Assembly (NCBI GenBank): GCA_963843795.1 | Contig: CAWJLW010000006.1 | Coordinates: 3,050,375-3,114,374 of the forward strand | Source: an uncultured bacterium | GTDB lineage: Bacteria; Armatimonadota; Abditibacteriia; Abditibacteriales; Abditibacteriaceae | Length of the DNA: 64,000 nucleotides | Direction: 5' to 3' | The notes under the pieces: model-generated | What the model saw: the letters and a program-made list of their open reading frames with translations, nothing else | Told to the model about the DNA's origin: nothing | Databases searched by the model: none | Shown here: one piece after another, positions 10,001 to 19,139 of the stretch | Numbering within the stretch: the first letter of the stretch is position 1 | Layout of the letters: each line of letters begins with the position of its first letter | Program-made: the position numbers and the translations under genes

Positions 10001-10379
10001 TGGAGAAGCGCGCGCTAAATTCATTATCGACCGCACCGCACCACTTTTGTCGATTATTGCGCCCGCCAACCGTCGCGTGCTCCAATCGCTGAGCACAATT
10101 GCTGGTCGCGTCAGCGATGAAGTTTCGGGCGTTGCCCGCGTCGAAGTGGTGCTCCAACGCAACAGCGACGGCGCTTATTGGAACGGCGCGCAGTATGTCG
10201 GTGAGCGCACTCTGCTGCCGACCCGCATTCAGAACACGACGTGGATTTTGGCCGCCCCGCTGCCACGCTTTACCGATGGCACTTACACCGTCACCGCCAT
10301 CGCGACCGATCGCGCTGGCAACACGAGCGAGAAAACCAACGTCGTCAACTTCAGCGGCACCAATTCCAGTGGCACCTAA
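7029..10379 (+). CDS. Secreted metzincin (reprolysin/M12-like) protease with about four Calx-beta and two Ig-like domains
   Basis: GGAGGAG RBS before ATG 7029; signal peptide; HEIGHNLGSSH zinc motif with Met-turn TTMSY; repeated GTAxxxxDY...F..G.T....V.V..D...E.DE motifs; DNTPP and DRTAP Ig-like starts. Confidence 0.85.
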   Translation: MPGQVRMKACFALLSALLLTWCGSQAPVAKAQTVPALLEAAPENAARDLNREQKQQLGELARVRLAQIQLGTLAANSRLSLQLFSTTVVAVRSELQQNADGVLWQGAIAGDKYSSVTLSESKGQVRGTIYSASGNFTIQPLRVSGASGLAARASGRNLVALGENEKRSQRADDMVYPQISSFQARSPYTGRAGEDGNTVDMMVVYDRIAARDAPDIVAQIQLAIDDANKRFTNSESVARVRLVHTQMVEYDGAGDLTVDLPRLRDPNDGFMDEVAGLRDEYGADLVFLVSGANDPQYGGLAYVMGQGLVGPQFESAAFGTVTLRDLVFAFAHEIGHNLGSSHDRVTSPNATPAFPYSFGYSNAAKGFYTTMSYSTECDNANATCRVIPFFSNPDLTFNDAPIGVAEGDAAAADNRKTFATTAGIAAAFRQSRATINVEDFSAPEGSDKTNTFSVPISRTQPLGKQLSIPYRFEEGTAKAGADYNATPGIVSFLPDQEVATIEIPIVADDKYEPDENFTLIIGAEDSTQILEQKSVTITIVNDDQPQISINDASVTEGNTLDTPKLPFLIFDLQLDAAFDQPISVDYRTVTGTATDEDFTEQSGTITFAAGQTVAAITVAVTPDTKVEADEKMTVELGNPVGAALSNASATGTIINDDLPGLRAEEIKVREGGIATFNVRLLQPSPSTVKVRYATGNGTAASPNDYNAVSGVLTFTPGQTTQQVLVRTNEDTQFEDDETFFLRFGSVQDATVVTPAVKATIIDNESKATLQVGDARVVEGNSGQTILSFPVRLSSASPVAIAFRYETQNGTALAGSDYEATSGIFRMDSGQTTGRIQVRVNGDVEIESNESFRLLLLTPNKVRLSKEFATGIILTDDIDNTPPRVMLNDIASNQGFKEFPTFTGIAQDESGLAGVVLQLQRVSDGAVFNGTTFVRPQLGITLATTLQIIGKLPSGIGQVGRFTVSDSLPSGTEVKEGEYLVLATAGDTSGLRGEARAKFIIDRTAPLLSIIAPANRRVLQSLSTIAGRVSDEVSGVARVEVVLQRNSDGAYWNGAQYVGERTLLPTRIQNTTWILAAPLPRFTDGTYTVTAIATDRAGNTSEKTNVVNFSGTNSSGT

Positions 10380-10388
10380 TTGTTTCCG

Positions 10389-10446
10389 AAGTAGATAAAA
10401 GAAAACGGCCCGCAATTACTTGCGGGCCGTTTTCTTTTATCTACTT
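10389..10446. terminator. Hairpin with 27-bp arms centred on the variant palindrome GCAATTACTTGC; probable bidirectional terminator
   Basis: Perfect arms AAGTAGATAAAAGAAAACGGCCCGCAA / TTGCGGGCCGTTTTCTTTTATCTACTT between convergent genes. Confidence 0.7.
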
Positions 10447-10491
10447 TCGCGTTTCACGAGGTGGCAAGTACTTGCCTACGCACATTGCGTT

Positions 10492-10866
10492 TTAGAACAA
10501 TGCTTCTTCGGCTTCTTCGCCCCAGCCGCGATACGTTCCATCATCGACGCACGAATGGGCGGATTGCATTTTCAGGAAGTTCTCGGAATATCGATCATTA
10601 GCAACGAATTCCAGCCAGTGCGCGCGTTCGTTTTCCGGCAGTTTTTGCGTGAACAAAGAAACCGAACTGTGCAGAAAATTTTCGTCCGGTGCGATGCCAA
10701 AATCGAAGCTCCACGCCGCACTTTTGATTCGCCCCACCGAATTGGTGCGCGAAACCGTGAAGTTTTTGTCGTTCAGATATTTATCCAAAACCGCGACTTG
10801 AAATTCGAGCTGCGCGAGTTCGGGGCGAGTGAGAATTTTTTTGGTAAAAGTTCCAGCAATATTCAT
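10492..10866 (-). CDS. Hypothetical protein
   Basis: 124-aa ORF from ATG 10866 filling the gap downstream of the sulfurtransferase; no recognisable motif. Confidence 0.5.
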   Translation of the reverse strand: MNIAGTFTKKILTRPELAQLEFQVAVLDKYLNDKNFTVSRTNSVGRIKSAAWSFDFGIAPDENFLHSSVSLFTQKLPENERAHWLEFVANDRYSENFLKMQSAHSCVDDGTYRGWGEEAEEALF

Positions 10867-10961
10867 AATTTTAAAATTCAAAGCAAAATTTTGGCCCCTG
10901 CAAGTACTTGCAGGGGCCAAAACGGCTTTGCAAGTACTTGCAAAGCGAAATCAAGCAACGG

Positions 10962-11816
10962 CTACGGCTTTTCGATAGGCACGCCCACCATCGAGCCATA
11001 TTCCGTCCAGCTGCCATCGTAATTTTTCACGTTTTCGTAGCCCAGCAAATATTTCAGCACGAACCAGGTGTGGCTCGAACGCTCGCCGATGCGGCAATAC
11101 GCAATCGTATTTTTGCCGTCTTCGATGCCCTTGTTGCCATACAATTCGCGCAGTTGATCGGCGGGCTTGAAAGTGCCGTCTTCGTTCACGGTTTGTGCCC
11201 AAGGAATGTTTTTCGCGGTTGGGATGTGGCCGCCGCGCTGTGCGGTTTCGGTCATTCCCGGAGGCGCGATCACTTCGCCGGTGTATTCCGCCGGTGAACG
11301 CACATCGACCAATTGCGATTCCTGCGATTCGACGTTTTTCAGCATTTCGGTGACATTCGCGCGCAGAGACAAATCGGCTTCTTTGGCCTGATAAGTCGCG
11401 GGAGTGGGATTTTCTTCCTGAGTGGTGAGTGCGCGGCCATCCGAAACCCATTTTTTGCGTCCGCCGTCCATCAAGCGAATGTCTTCGTGGCCATACATTT
11501 TCAAAATCCAGAACGCGAAAGCTGCGAACCAGTTGTTGTTGTCGCCGTAAAGAATGATAGTGTCGTCGTTGGAAATGCCGCTTTCGCCCAGAAGTTTTTC
11601 AATTTGTTCGCGCGAAGGAATGTCGCGACGGATTTGATCGTTCAATTGCGAAGTCCAGTTCCACGACACCGCGCCTGCGATGTGGCCTTCGTCGTAAGCG
11701 TCGGTATCGACATCAACTTCAACCAGTTTCACTTTTTCGTCATCTTTGTGTTGCTCGACCCAATCGGCATCGACCAGCACGTCCGGCACTGTATAACCTT
11801 TGTCTGTAACTGCCAT
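10962..11816 (-). CDS. Thiosulfate sulfurtransferase (double rhodanese, CysA/SseA-like)
   Basis: YDEGHIAGA, DVRSPAEYTG, GGHIPTA, AYCRIGERS, NYDGSWTEY; GGAGG RBS. Confidence 0.93.
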   Translation of the reverse strand: MAVTDKGYTVPDVLVDADWVEQHKDDEKVKLVEVDVDTDAYDEGHIAGAVSWNWTSQLNDQIRRDIPSREQIEKLLGESGISNDDTIILYGDNNNWFAAFAFWILKMYGHEDIRLMDGGRKKWVSDGRALTTQEENPTPATYQAKEADLSLRANVTEMLKNVESQESQLVDVRSPAEYTGEVIAPPGMTETAQRGGHIPTAKNIPWAQTVNEDGTFKPADQLRELYGNKGIEDGKNTIAYCRIGERSSHTWFVLKYLLGYENVKNYDGSWTEYGSMVGVPIEKP

Positions 11817-12070
11817 AATTTGCCTCCGTTTTTGTGTGCGATGCCCATTATAACGCACCGCTCCAGATAATCCCACCTCTCGTATAGGATTTAATGCCGA
11901 ACGCCCATTTTGCCTTGCCGAGCCATTCCTTTTGCGGCGCTGCTTTTGCATGGTGGCCACAAGCGTTGTTGCAACTCGGCTTGAACTTTATCGGGCCATT
12001 GGACGTTTAAAAGCTGTTGAAACGCTGTGAGCAGAACGTGAAAGCGGCTCGCAGTCAAGGAGAAAAGATT

Positions 12071-13381
12071 ATGAACGCCTTCAAAAACAAATCTCGAAAA
12101 TCTTATTGGACAGCGAAATTTGCCGCTCTGGCTGCGTGCGCTGGAACCATGACGCTGAGTGTCGCGCCGGCTCGTGCCGGCTTGTTTTCATTGAGCGAAA
12201 AAGATGAAATTGCGGCTGGTCGCGAGGCAGCAGCGCAAGCACAGAAAGAATACGGGCGCGCTTTGCCCGCCAGTGACCCGATGTCGCGGCGTGTGAACTC
12301 AATCGGACAAAAGTTTGCGCGCCTATCAACGCGCAAAAACATTCCCTACACTTACACCGTGCTGCAAAACGACAAAGTTCTGAACGCTTTTGCCGCACCC
12401 GGCGGCCCAGTTTTTGTGACCACTCGTTTGGTGCAGACCACTGCTAACGATGCCGAACTGGCTTACGTTTTGGGCCATGAGACCGCGCACATCGAGCGCC
12501 GCCATATCGCTCAGTCGGTCGAAAAGCAGCAAAAAGTTGGTCTGGGCATCGGTATTTTAGGCGCGATTCTGGGAAAAGGAAAAAGCGGTAACATTCTGGG
12601 CACCGCGCTCAACGCGACCTTTGCTGTATGGCAGAGCGGCTATTCGCGCGATCAGGAAAGCGAAGCCGATGCGGTCGGCGTGCGCTTTATGAGCCAGTTG
12701 GGTTACGATCCGCGCGCGGCCTCGACGATGCTGGCGAAGTTGGGCGATGGCGGCGGCGGTTTTCTGGACAAGTATCTTGCCACCCATCCCGACCCCAATA
12801 CGCGTATCAAGCGCGTCAACGAGCAGATCGCCAAAGAAAATCTGATCGATGTCGCCCGGCGCAGCGGCGGCCCGCGTTTGAGCGATGCCAGCAACAACGG
12901 CTACCGTTATTCAAATACCAACTACGCGGCCAATAATAACGTGAGCGACAATTACCCCGATTATGGCACATCCAACGGTAGCCCGTCTTACAGTTCGGGC
13001 AGTTCAGTTAACAATGGCGGACGAGAAATTTCTTTGGAAGCGCCATTGCGTGCTGTAGATTTTGGCAATGGTAGCGTACTGTTGGCCGCCGTAACCGACA
13101 TTGCGCGCTGGGCCGGTGCTCGCCTCACCACAAAAGGCACGGTCCTAACCCTAACACGGCCCGGTCACACCTTGGAACTGCGTCGTAATTCGACAGTGGC
13201 GTGGGATAACGGCAAGCGTCGCGATCTCAATGTCGCGGTGCGCACCTATGACGGCAAAACTTATGCGCCGCTGGGCGACTTGGTCGAAGGCTTGGGCGGG
13301 CGGGCGCGTTATGATAACGCTACCAATTCAGCGCGCATCACGCTGGATAATGGCCCCGAAGATTCGATTACAATGCGCTAA
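12071..13381 (+). CDS. M48 family zinc metalloprotease with C-terminal copper-amine-oxidase-N-like (stalk) domain
   Basis: NAFAAPGG, LGHETAH, YSRDQESEAD, YLATHP; signal peptide; AAGGAG RBS. Confidence 0.88.
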   Translation: MNAFKNKSRKSYWTAKFAALAACAGTMTLSVAPARAGLFSLSEKDEIAAGREAAAQAQKEYGRALPASDPMSRRVNSIGQKFARLSTRKNIPYTYTVLQNDKVLNAFAAPGGPVFVTTRLVQTTANDAELAYVLGHETAHIERRHIAQSVEKQQKVGLGIGILGAILGKGKSGNILGTALNATFAVWQSGYSRDQESEADAVGVRFMSQLGYDPRAASTMLAKLGDGGGGFLDKYLATHPDPNTRIKRVNEQIAKENLIDVARRSGGPRLSDASNNGYRYSNTNYAANNNVSDNYPDYGTSNGSPSYSSGSSVNNGGREISLEAPLRAVDFGNGSVLLAAVTDIARWAGARLTTKGTVLTLTRPGHTLELRRNSTVAWDNGKRRDLNVAVRTYDGKTYAPLGDLVEGLGGRARYDNATNSARITLDNGPEDSITMR

Positions 13382-13570
13382 TCGCACGCGAAATTAAGGC
13401 TGCAAGTACTTATCCTTGTCCTTGCAATTCATAAAAGCCCGCTGCAAGTACTTGCAGCGGGCTTCTGGCTTCTATCTCCAAAATTGGCCATAACGAGTAA
13501 GCTATTCAGTAACAAATTAAGACTATTTTCTGGTGCGGGCAGAGCGCGATTGGCTTGTAGGGAGCGAGTT

Positions 13571-13587
13571 TTCTCAGCGAGTTCTCA
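13571..13587 (+). promoter_or_regulatory. TTCTCA-N5-TTCTCA direct repeat (putative OmpR-family operator)
   Basis: Half-sites at 13571 and 13582, about 55 bp before the ArnT-like start; the same box recurs at 18012, 19038 and 20030. Confidence 0.6.
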
Positions 13588-13639
13588 GGTTCCTCGAAGT
13601 GGCGCGCGTCATAATCAGCTAGCATCCTCCAAAACATTT

Positions 13640-15322
13640 ATGGAAATTTCGACTTCGGCCGCCGCAACTCCAATTATTGCCGCGCCCTCCACCACACGTT
13701 CTAACAGCACGATTTGCATAGCATGTTTCGCCGCTGCGATTGTGGCGGTTTATCTGGGCACCATTGGCAGCCTGCCTCTGCTAGGCAAAGATGAGCCGCG
13801 CTATGTCGAAGTGGCGCGCGAAATGTGGTTGCGCGGGGATTGGGTCACGCCGACTTTGAACCAGCTCACCTGGTTTGAAAAACCGGCGCTTTTGTATTGG
13901 CTCATCATAGCGAGCTTCAAAGCGTTTGGCGTTGCGGAGTGGACGGCGCGCTTAGGCCCGGCGCTGTGCGGATTGGCAACCGTTGCACTGGTTTTCTGGA
14001 TGACAAGCCGCGTCGAAGCGCACTCGGAAAATTCGCAGGGTCTGGCTCGCTGGAGCGCACTTGCAATGTCATCATGTATTGGCCTCATCGCGTTTTCGCA
14101 TGGCGCGACTTTCGACATCGTTTTGACCGCTACCATTACGCTGGCGCTGGCGTGTTTCTTCGCATCTGAGTTGGAAACGACTAGGCATAAACGCAACTGG
14201 CTGCTGGCAGGTTTGTGGGTTGGAGTGGGCTTATCGTTGCTGGCCAAAGGCTTGGTGGGAATTATTCTGCCGGGCGGCGTAGTCGGGGTTTACCTAGTTT
14301 TGCGACGCGACTGGAGCGGTTTTAAGCGCGTGCAACTGCTGTGGGGCGTGCCATTGGCGCTGGCCGTCGCGGCGGTCTGGTATGGGCCGGTTATCGCGCG
14401 GCACGGTCAGGTTTTCATTAACGAGTTTTTTATTCAGCATCACTTCGCGCGCTTCTTTTCCAACAAATATCAACACGCGCAGCCATTGTATTATTATTTG
14501 CCCGTCATGGCGCTTTTCGCGCTTCCATGGACCGCTTTTCTGCTGACTTCGCTGTGGGAAAACGCGCCCGCAAAGTGGCGCTCTGACGATGCAGAAAGCA
14601 AATTGCGCGTCTTTGCCCTTTCGTGGTTTTTGGTGCCGACAGTTTTCTTTTCGCTTTCCGATTCTAAATTGCCCGGCTATATCATGCCCGCTCTACCCGG
14701 TGCTCTACTTTTGGTCGGATTGAGCGTGGCGGCCTATGTGCGCGGTCAAAGCGGAACTGGACGCGCGCGCGTTACCGGCGCGCTACTGTGCATTTTGGGA
14801 ATCGGTGCCACGATTTACGCGCAGCATTCGCACACAATGTCCAATCACGCCATTGCTGCGGTCGTTTTGCCCTTGTTCGGCGCGGGCCTGCTGGCGCTGA
14901 TAATGGCGCATAAACGTGGGCTGTGCGCCGGAGCGATTGGCGGCGCGATTTTGCTGGCGAGCGGAATGTTAGCGGGCAAAGCGGGCGTGCCATTGAGCGA
15001 AAAGCGCAGTGTGCGCGAAATGTTGAATTCGACCGCTGCGCGCCAGTATGCGCAGGAGCCGGTCTGGCAATTGAAAACTACCCAGCGCACTGCGGAATTT
15101 TATGCGGCGGGCCGCTTGAAATACGATTCCAACGGCGAACCGCACGAATACCAAAACGTGGCCGACATCGCGCGCGATTTGCCGCGCAATGGCGGAATTT
15201 TGCTACTGGCTCCAATCGATCAAATGCCCGCGCTCGTCGTATCGCCCCTGCTGCAAATTCAGCCCCTGGCCGAAGATAGTCGCATCGGCCTGGTGCGTGT
15301 AAAGGCCGAAGTAAGGCCATAA
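13640..15322 (+). CDS. ArnT/PMT-like (GT-C) undecaprenyl-sugar transferase
   Basis: DEPRYxEVAREM, WVTPTLN...FEKPxLxYW, LAKG, SKLPGYIMP; polytopic membrane protein. Confidence 0.88.
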   Translation: MEISTSAAATPIIAAPSTTRSNSTICIACFAAAIVAVYLGTIGSLPLLGKDEPRYVEVAREMWLRGDWVTPTLNQLTWFEKPALLYWLIIASFKAFGVAEWTARLGPALCGLATVALVFWMTSRVEAHSENSQGLARWSALAMSSCIGLIAFSHGATFDIVLTATITLALACFFASELETTRHKRNWLLAGLWVGVGLSLLAKGLVGIILPGGVVGVYLVLRRDWSGFKRVQLLWGVPLALAVAAVWYGPVIARHGQVFINEFFIQHHFARFFSNKYQHAQPLYYYLPVMALFALPWTAFLLTSLWENAPAKWRSDDAESKLRVFALSWFLVPTVFFSLSDSKLPGYIMPALPGALLLVGLSVAAYVRGQSGTGRARVTGALLCILGIGATIYAQHSHTMSNHAIAAVVLPLFGAGLLALIMAHKRGLCAGAIGGAILLASGMLAGKAGVPLSEKRSVREMLNSTAARQYAQEPVWQLKTTQRTAEFYAAGRLKYDSNGEPHEYQNVADIARDLPRNGGILLLAPIDQMPALVVSPLLQIQPLAEDSRIGLVRVKAEVRP

Positions 15323-15354
15323 AGAATACAGCCTTGAGACAAAGCCGTCACGCC

Positions 15355-16374
15355 ATGAATCAATCGAGTGAAACAAGCGAAAATATCGACGTGCAAAACG
15401 CGGCGGAGAGCGTGGCCAACTCGGCTCGTCCTCTCGCGCTTTTAGCGGCCTTTGCCGTAATTTTGCTGCCATTGTTATTATTCGGTGCCCTGGCCGAAGA
15501 CGTGTGGTCGCGCGAAACCTTCCGCTGGGATTCGCCGCTATTGCAACGCTTTCATGCGCACGCCACGCCCAATTTCGATGCACTGATGCTGCTCGCTTCG
15601 CGGCTGGGTGGCATCACGGTAATGGTGCCGTTTGTGGTGATGATCGCCTTGGTTCTGTGGTGGCGCGGACATCTCCATCAGTCGTGGTTTCTAGCGATTG
15701 GCGTGGGCGGCGCATGCGTTTTCAATATCATCGCAAAAATGATTTTTGCGCGCACGCGTCCCGATTTGTGGCTTTCGATTGCGCCCGAAAACGATTACAG
15801 TTTCCCCAGCGGCCATTCGATGCTTTCGATGGCGGTCATCGCATCGATTTTGTTTTTAGTGTGGCAATGGAAGCTCGCGCGCTCCCTGCAAGTACTTGCC
15901 ACGTTATTTGGCGCGGCATTCGTGGCCTGGGTCGGCTTGTCGCGCCTGTATCTGGGCGTGCATTTTCCGTCCGATGTCATTGCGGGCTGGTGCGCTTCGC
16001 TGGCGTGGGTGAGCGCAGTGCATTTGCTGTGGACGCGCCACGAATCTTTACACGCGGCGCACCAAACGATTCGGCGCGAGTTGCATTTTTTACAATTGTT
16101 GCGCCGCGATGCGCGCACGCCGCGCGCTGCCAAAATTCTGCTGGCTAGCGCCATCGGCTATGTGTTGCTGCCGTTTGACCTGATTCCCGATTTCATTCCG
16201 GTTATCGGGCAACTCGACGACGCCATTATTGTGCCCGCTCTGGTCGCATTGGCGCTGACGCTCATTCCGCGCGAAGCCATTGAAGAATGTCGAACGCAGG
16301 CGACAAAATTGGCCACACAGCAAAACCCAAAATTGCCAGAAAAGAGCGTTGAAGTGGACGCGTTGAAGCGCTAA
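15355..16374 (+). CDS. PAP2-family phosphatase fused to a C-terminal YkvA/DUF1232 domain
   Basis: KxxFARxRP, SFPSGHS, SRLYLGVHFPSDV, then YVLLPFDLIPDFIPVIGQLDD. Confidence 0.85.
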   Translation: MNQSSETSENIDVQNAAESVANSARPLALLAAFAVILLPLLLFGALAEDVWSRETFRWDSPLLQRFHAHATPNFDALMLLASRLGGITVMVPFVVMIALVLWWRGHLHQSWFLAIGVGGACVFNIIAKMIFARTRPDLWLSIAPENDYSFPSGHSMLSMAVIASILFLVWQWKLARSLQVLATLFGAAFVAWVGLSRLYLGVHFPSDVIAGWCASLAWVSAVHLLWTRHESLHAAHQTIRRELHFLQLLRRDARTPRAAKILLASAIGYVLLPFDLIPDFIPVIGQLDDAIIVPALVALALTLIPREAIEECRTQATKLATQQNPKLPEKSVEVDALKR

Positions 16375-16526
16375 AAATGTCAATTCAAGAAAATGAAGCT
16401 GTGGGAACCCGTTGGACTCGCCATCGTGCAACGCCGCGTGAAGCCGGAAACTTTCAAAGGAAAAAATCGGCTTTGCGGCAAGGTTTGCGGCACTGATGTC
16501 GTGGTTTTTTTCGGGGGCAGAGAAGT

Positions 16527-17990
16527 ATGCAAAAGTTACGGGGTGGCGGCATTCGACGTTTTATCGCGCTCTGGCTGGGTGCGGTTTTGCTGTCGTTTGC
16601 GTTGCTGGGCGGCGGCTTGCTGTATGCGGTGCCGCGCCTGAACGCAAAAACGCAGCGCGTTTATGCCGATAGCCGAACTTTGGACGACAATCATCGTTTC
16701 GAACTGGCGCTGGTAGCACAGGCGCGCGACGATTTACTGTGGCATTACAACAAAGACGAACGTTATCAGCAGGCCGAACTTCATTTGGCTGAAGCCGACA
16801 GTGCGCTGGCAGAACTGCAAAAAGGCGCCGATAGTGCGGAAGAAATTCAACTCTTGAGAGAAATCGCCCGGGCGTATCAACCGGTGCGTGCACTGGCGCA
16901 AAATCCACAACACACCACGCCACAGATGCAGGTCGCGCTGGACAGCTTGCTGGTTCTGGTGCATCGCCATCACACTCTGAACAACGAGCAGATGGAAGCG
17001 ACGCTGCAATCGGGTCGCTTGTGGGATGAGGCAATTGGACGTTGGACGACCGGCCTGCTCACGGTTTCGACGCTTTTATTGTTGCTGGGAAGTTTGATGC
17101 TGTGGTCGCGTTTGTTCACACCGGTTTTACGTCTGGCGCGCGTGGTGCGCACCTTTGGCAGTGGCGATCTAGGAGCACGAGCGCCGATTCTTCACAGCGA
17201 TGAAATGGGCGATTTGTGCCAGACTTTCAACGTGATGGCCGAAGCGATAAACGAGCGCGAACGCGAACGAATGCGTTTTATAGCGACCGTAGCGCACGAC
17301 CTGCGCAATCCCCTAGTCATTATCGGCGGAGCGGCGCATTTATTGAAAACCAAAGACGAGCGCCTCACGCTCGAAGAACGCACGCTGTGGCTGGGTAATA
17401 TCCAGAAAAACGCTCTGAAAATCGAGGGCATGATCAGCGATTTGATGGACGATGTACAGGCCGAAACCGGCACGCTAACCTTCGATAAGCGACCTTTCGA
17501 TTTCGCGGCTCTACTGCAAGAAACCGTTGAAGAGCATAGCGCAAGCGTTCAAACCCATCTGCTGCGCCACGAAATCGAAGCGCCGTGCCGCATCGAAGGT
17601 GACCGCAAACGTTTGGAGCGCGTGCTGATGAATTTGCTTTCTAACGCCATTAAATACAGCCACTCAGGCAGCGAAGTCGCGGTGACATTAAAAACGCGCG
17701 GCGACAAAGCGATTTGCTGCATTTGTGATGAAGGCGCGGGCATTTCATCCGAAGATTTGCCCAAACTCTTTCTGCCGTTTTCGCGCTTGGAACGCACCAA
17801 ATCTATGGCGTCGGGCACAGGTCTGGGCTTGTCTTCGGTGAAAAAAATCGTTGAAGGTCATGGCGGCAGCATTGGCGTGCGAAGTAAAGTCGATGTCGGA
17901 ACCACCATTGAAATTGTGCTGCCTCTGGTAACGACTACGCCCCAAAACAAAATTAACGCCAGCAAAACGCCCGGCGTATTGGCACGCTAA
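16527..17990 (+). CDS. Membrane sensor histidine kinase (HAMP-HisKA-HATPase), no adjacent response regulator
   Basis: AHDLRNPL, NLLSNAIKY, DEGAGI, GTGLGL. Confidence 0.92.
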   Translation: MQKLRGGGIRRFIALWLGAVLLSFALLGGGLLYAVPRLNAKTQRVYADSRTLDDNHRFELALVAQARDDLLWHYNKDERYQQAELHLAEADSALAELQKGADSAEEIQLLREIARAYQPVRALAQNPQHTTPQMQVALDSLLVLVHRHHTLNNEQMEATLQSGRLWDEAIGRWTTGLLTVSTLLLLLGSLMLWSRLFTPVLRLARVVRTFGSGDLGARAPILHSDEMGDLCQTFNVMAEAINERERERMRFIATVAHDLRNPLVIIGGAAHLLKTKDERLTLEERTLWLGNIQKNALKIEGMISDLMDDVQAETGTLTFDKRPFDFAALLQETVEEHSASVQTHLLRHEIEAPCRIEGDRKRLERVLMNLLSNAIKYSHSGSEVAVTLKTRGDKAICCICDEGAGISSEDLPKLFLPFSRLERTKSMASGTGLGLSSVKKIVEGHGGSIGVRSKVDVGTTIEIVLPLVTTTPQNKINASKTPGVLAR

Positions 17991-18011
17991 TAGGTGCGGG
18001 CGCTCACACAA

Positions 18012-18028
18012 TTCTCATCAACTTCTCA
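18012..18028 (+). promoter_or_regulatory. TTCTCA-N5-TTCTCA direct repeat
   Basis: Half-sites at 18012 and 18023, upstream of the PAP2 gene at 18088. Confidence 0.6.
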
Positions 18029-18087
18029 AACGGCCAACGCAAATTCCTCGCATACTGCGAGTTAAATCGCATCTGCGAGGAGTCTCC

Positions 18088-18819
18088 ATGTCCGCCGCCC
18101 GCTTTTATCTGTCCCGTTTCGTTTTCGCCAGCTTAACTTTTGCAACGTGCAATTATTGCATCGCATACGCACAAAACACGCCGCCTTCCGATACGCTTTC
18201 TCAGGCTCATGCCAGTAGTTCTCTTTCTTCTGCACTCGATAGCACGACGGTTTACAGTGCGCCGATTTTTACCGGTGGCGTCGCCAAAAATGCGACCGCG
18301 ACCAACGTCAATTCGAGCAACGTCAATTCGAGCAACAAGCTGGCGAAATTCGCTTCGGGAAGCGGTAACGCGATTTTTCTGGGCGTGGGCACTTTACTGC
18401 CGCTGCTCGAAGACGGGCCTGAAGGCAAGAAGCACGCACTGCGCACTGTCGATTCGCTGCTAACAAGCACATTAATTACCGAAGCGCTCAAACAAGTCAC
18501 GCATGAAAAGCGGCCCGACGGCTCCGATTACGAAAGCTTTCCCTCTGGCCACGCGACTGCCGCGTTTGCCGTGGCGACGATGCAAAGCCATTATCATCCC
18601 AAACAAGCGCCGTTCTGGTATGCGGGCGCGGCCTTGATTTCGTATTCGCGCGTCAAGCTGGATCGCCATTATTATCACGATGTCATCGCGGGCGCAGCGG
18701 TCGGCTACCTCACCTCGCGCTGGGAACTTTCGCAGCCGCGCGGTTTAATTTTGGCGCCGTTCATCGGTTCGCACAAGGCCGGGGGCGGGGGCGGAATGAG
18801 CCTCAGTATGAATTTTTAA
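18088..18819 (+). CDS. PAP2-family phosphatase (lipid A/undecaprenyl-phosphate phosphatase-like)
   Basis: KQVTHEKRPD, SFPSGHA, SRVKLDRHYYHDV; signal peptide; GAGGAG RBS. Confidence 0.85.
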   Translation: MSAARFYLSRFVFASLTFATCNYCIAYAQNTPPSDTLSQAHASSSLSSALDSTTVYSAPIFTGGVAKNATATNVNSSNVNSSNKLAKFASGSGNAIFLGVGTLLPLLEDGPEGKKHALRTVDSLLTSTLITEALKQVTHEKRPDGSDYESFPSGHATAAFAVATMQSHYHPKQAPFWYAGAALISYSRVKLDRHYYHDVIAGAAVGYLTSRWELSQPRGLILAPFIGSHKAGGGGGMSLSMNF

Positions 18820-19037
18820 ATCCGATTCGATTTCAACCTAAAAGCGCATCTGCAAGTACTTGCGAGACTGTTTGTGAGATTTTCATGACGCACTTCAATT
18901 TTTGGCAGCGCACCAAATTTTGTCTCAGTAGCGGGCAGTGCGTTGGAATATTCAACGATTAAGTATTTTATGCACCAGCATTGTGGCCTGACGGTTTCTT
19001 CCAATGGAGTTGGTTTTCAAACCCACTTTTGAGAACA

Positions 19038-19065
19038 TTCTCATTGGGTTCTCAGAGTTTTCCCA
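19038..19065 (+). promoter_or_regulatory. TTCTCA direct repeat x2 plus a third TTCCCA half-site, 11-bp period
   Basis: Half-sites at 19038, 19049 and 19060, upstream of gene 19140. Confidence 0.6.
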
Positions 19066-19139
19066 CGAATTTGTCTTTCACTATAAAGAGTTAGGCGCTG
19101 CACCTCGAATAATCGGTTGCAGCGCAAGGAGACAACGCG

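Noticed and set aside
18303..18336. 15-bp tandem duplication encoding NVNSS twice
   Set aside because: In-frame duplication in a low-complexity linker; ordinary.
18865..19030. Possible riboswitch upstream of the COG4705 gene
   Set aside because: No conserved motif of a riboswitch class I can recognise.
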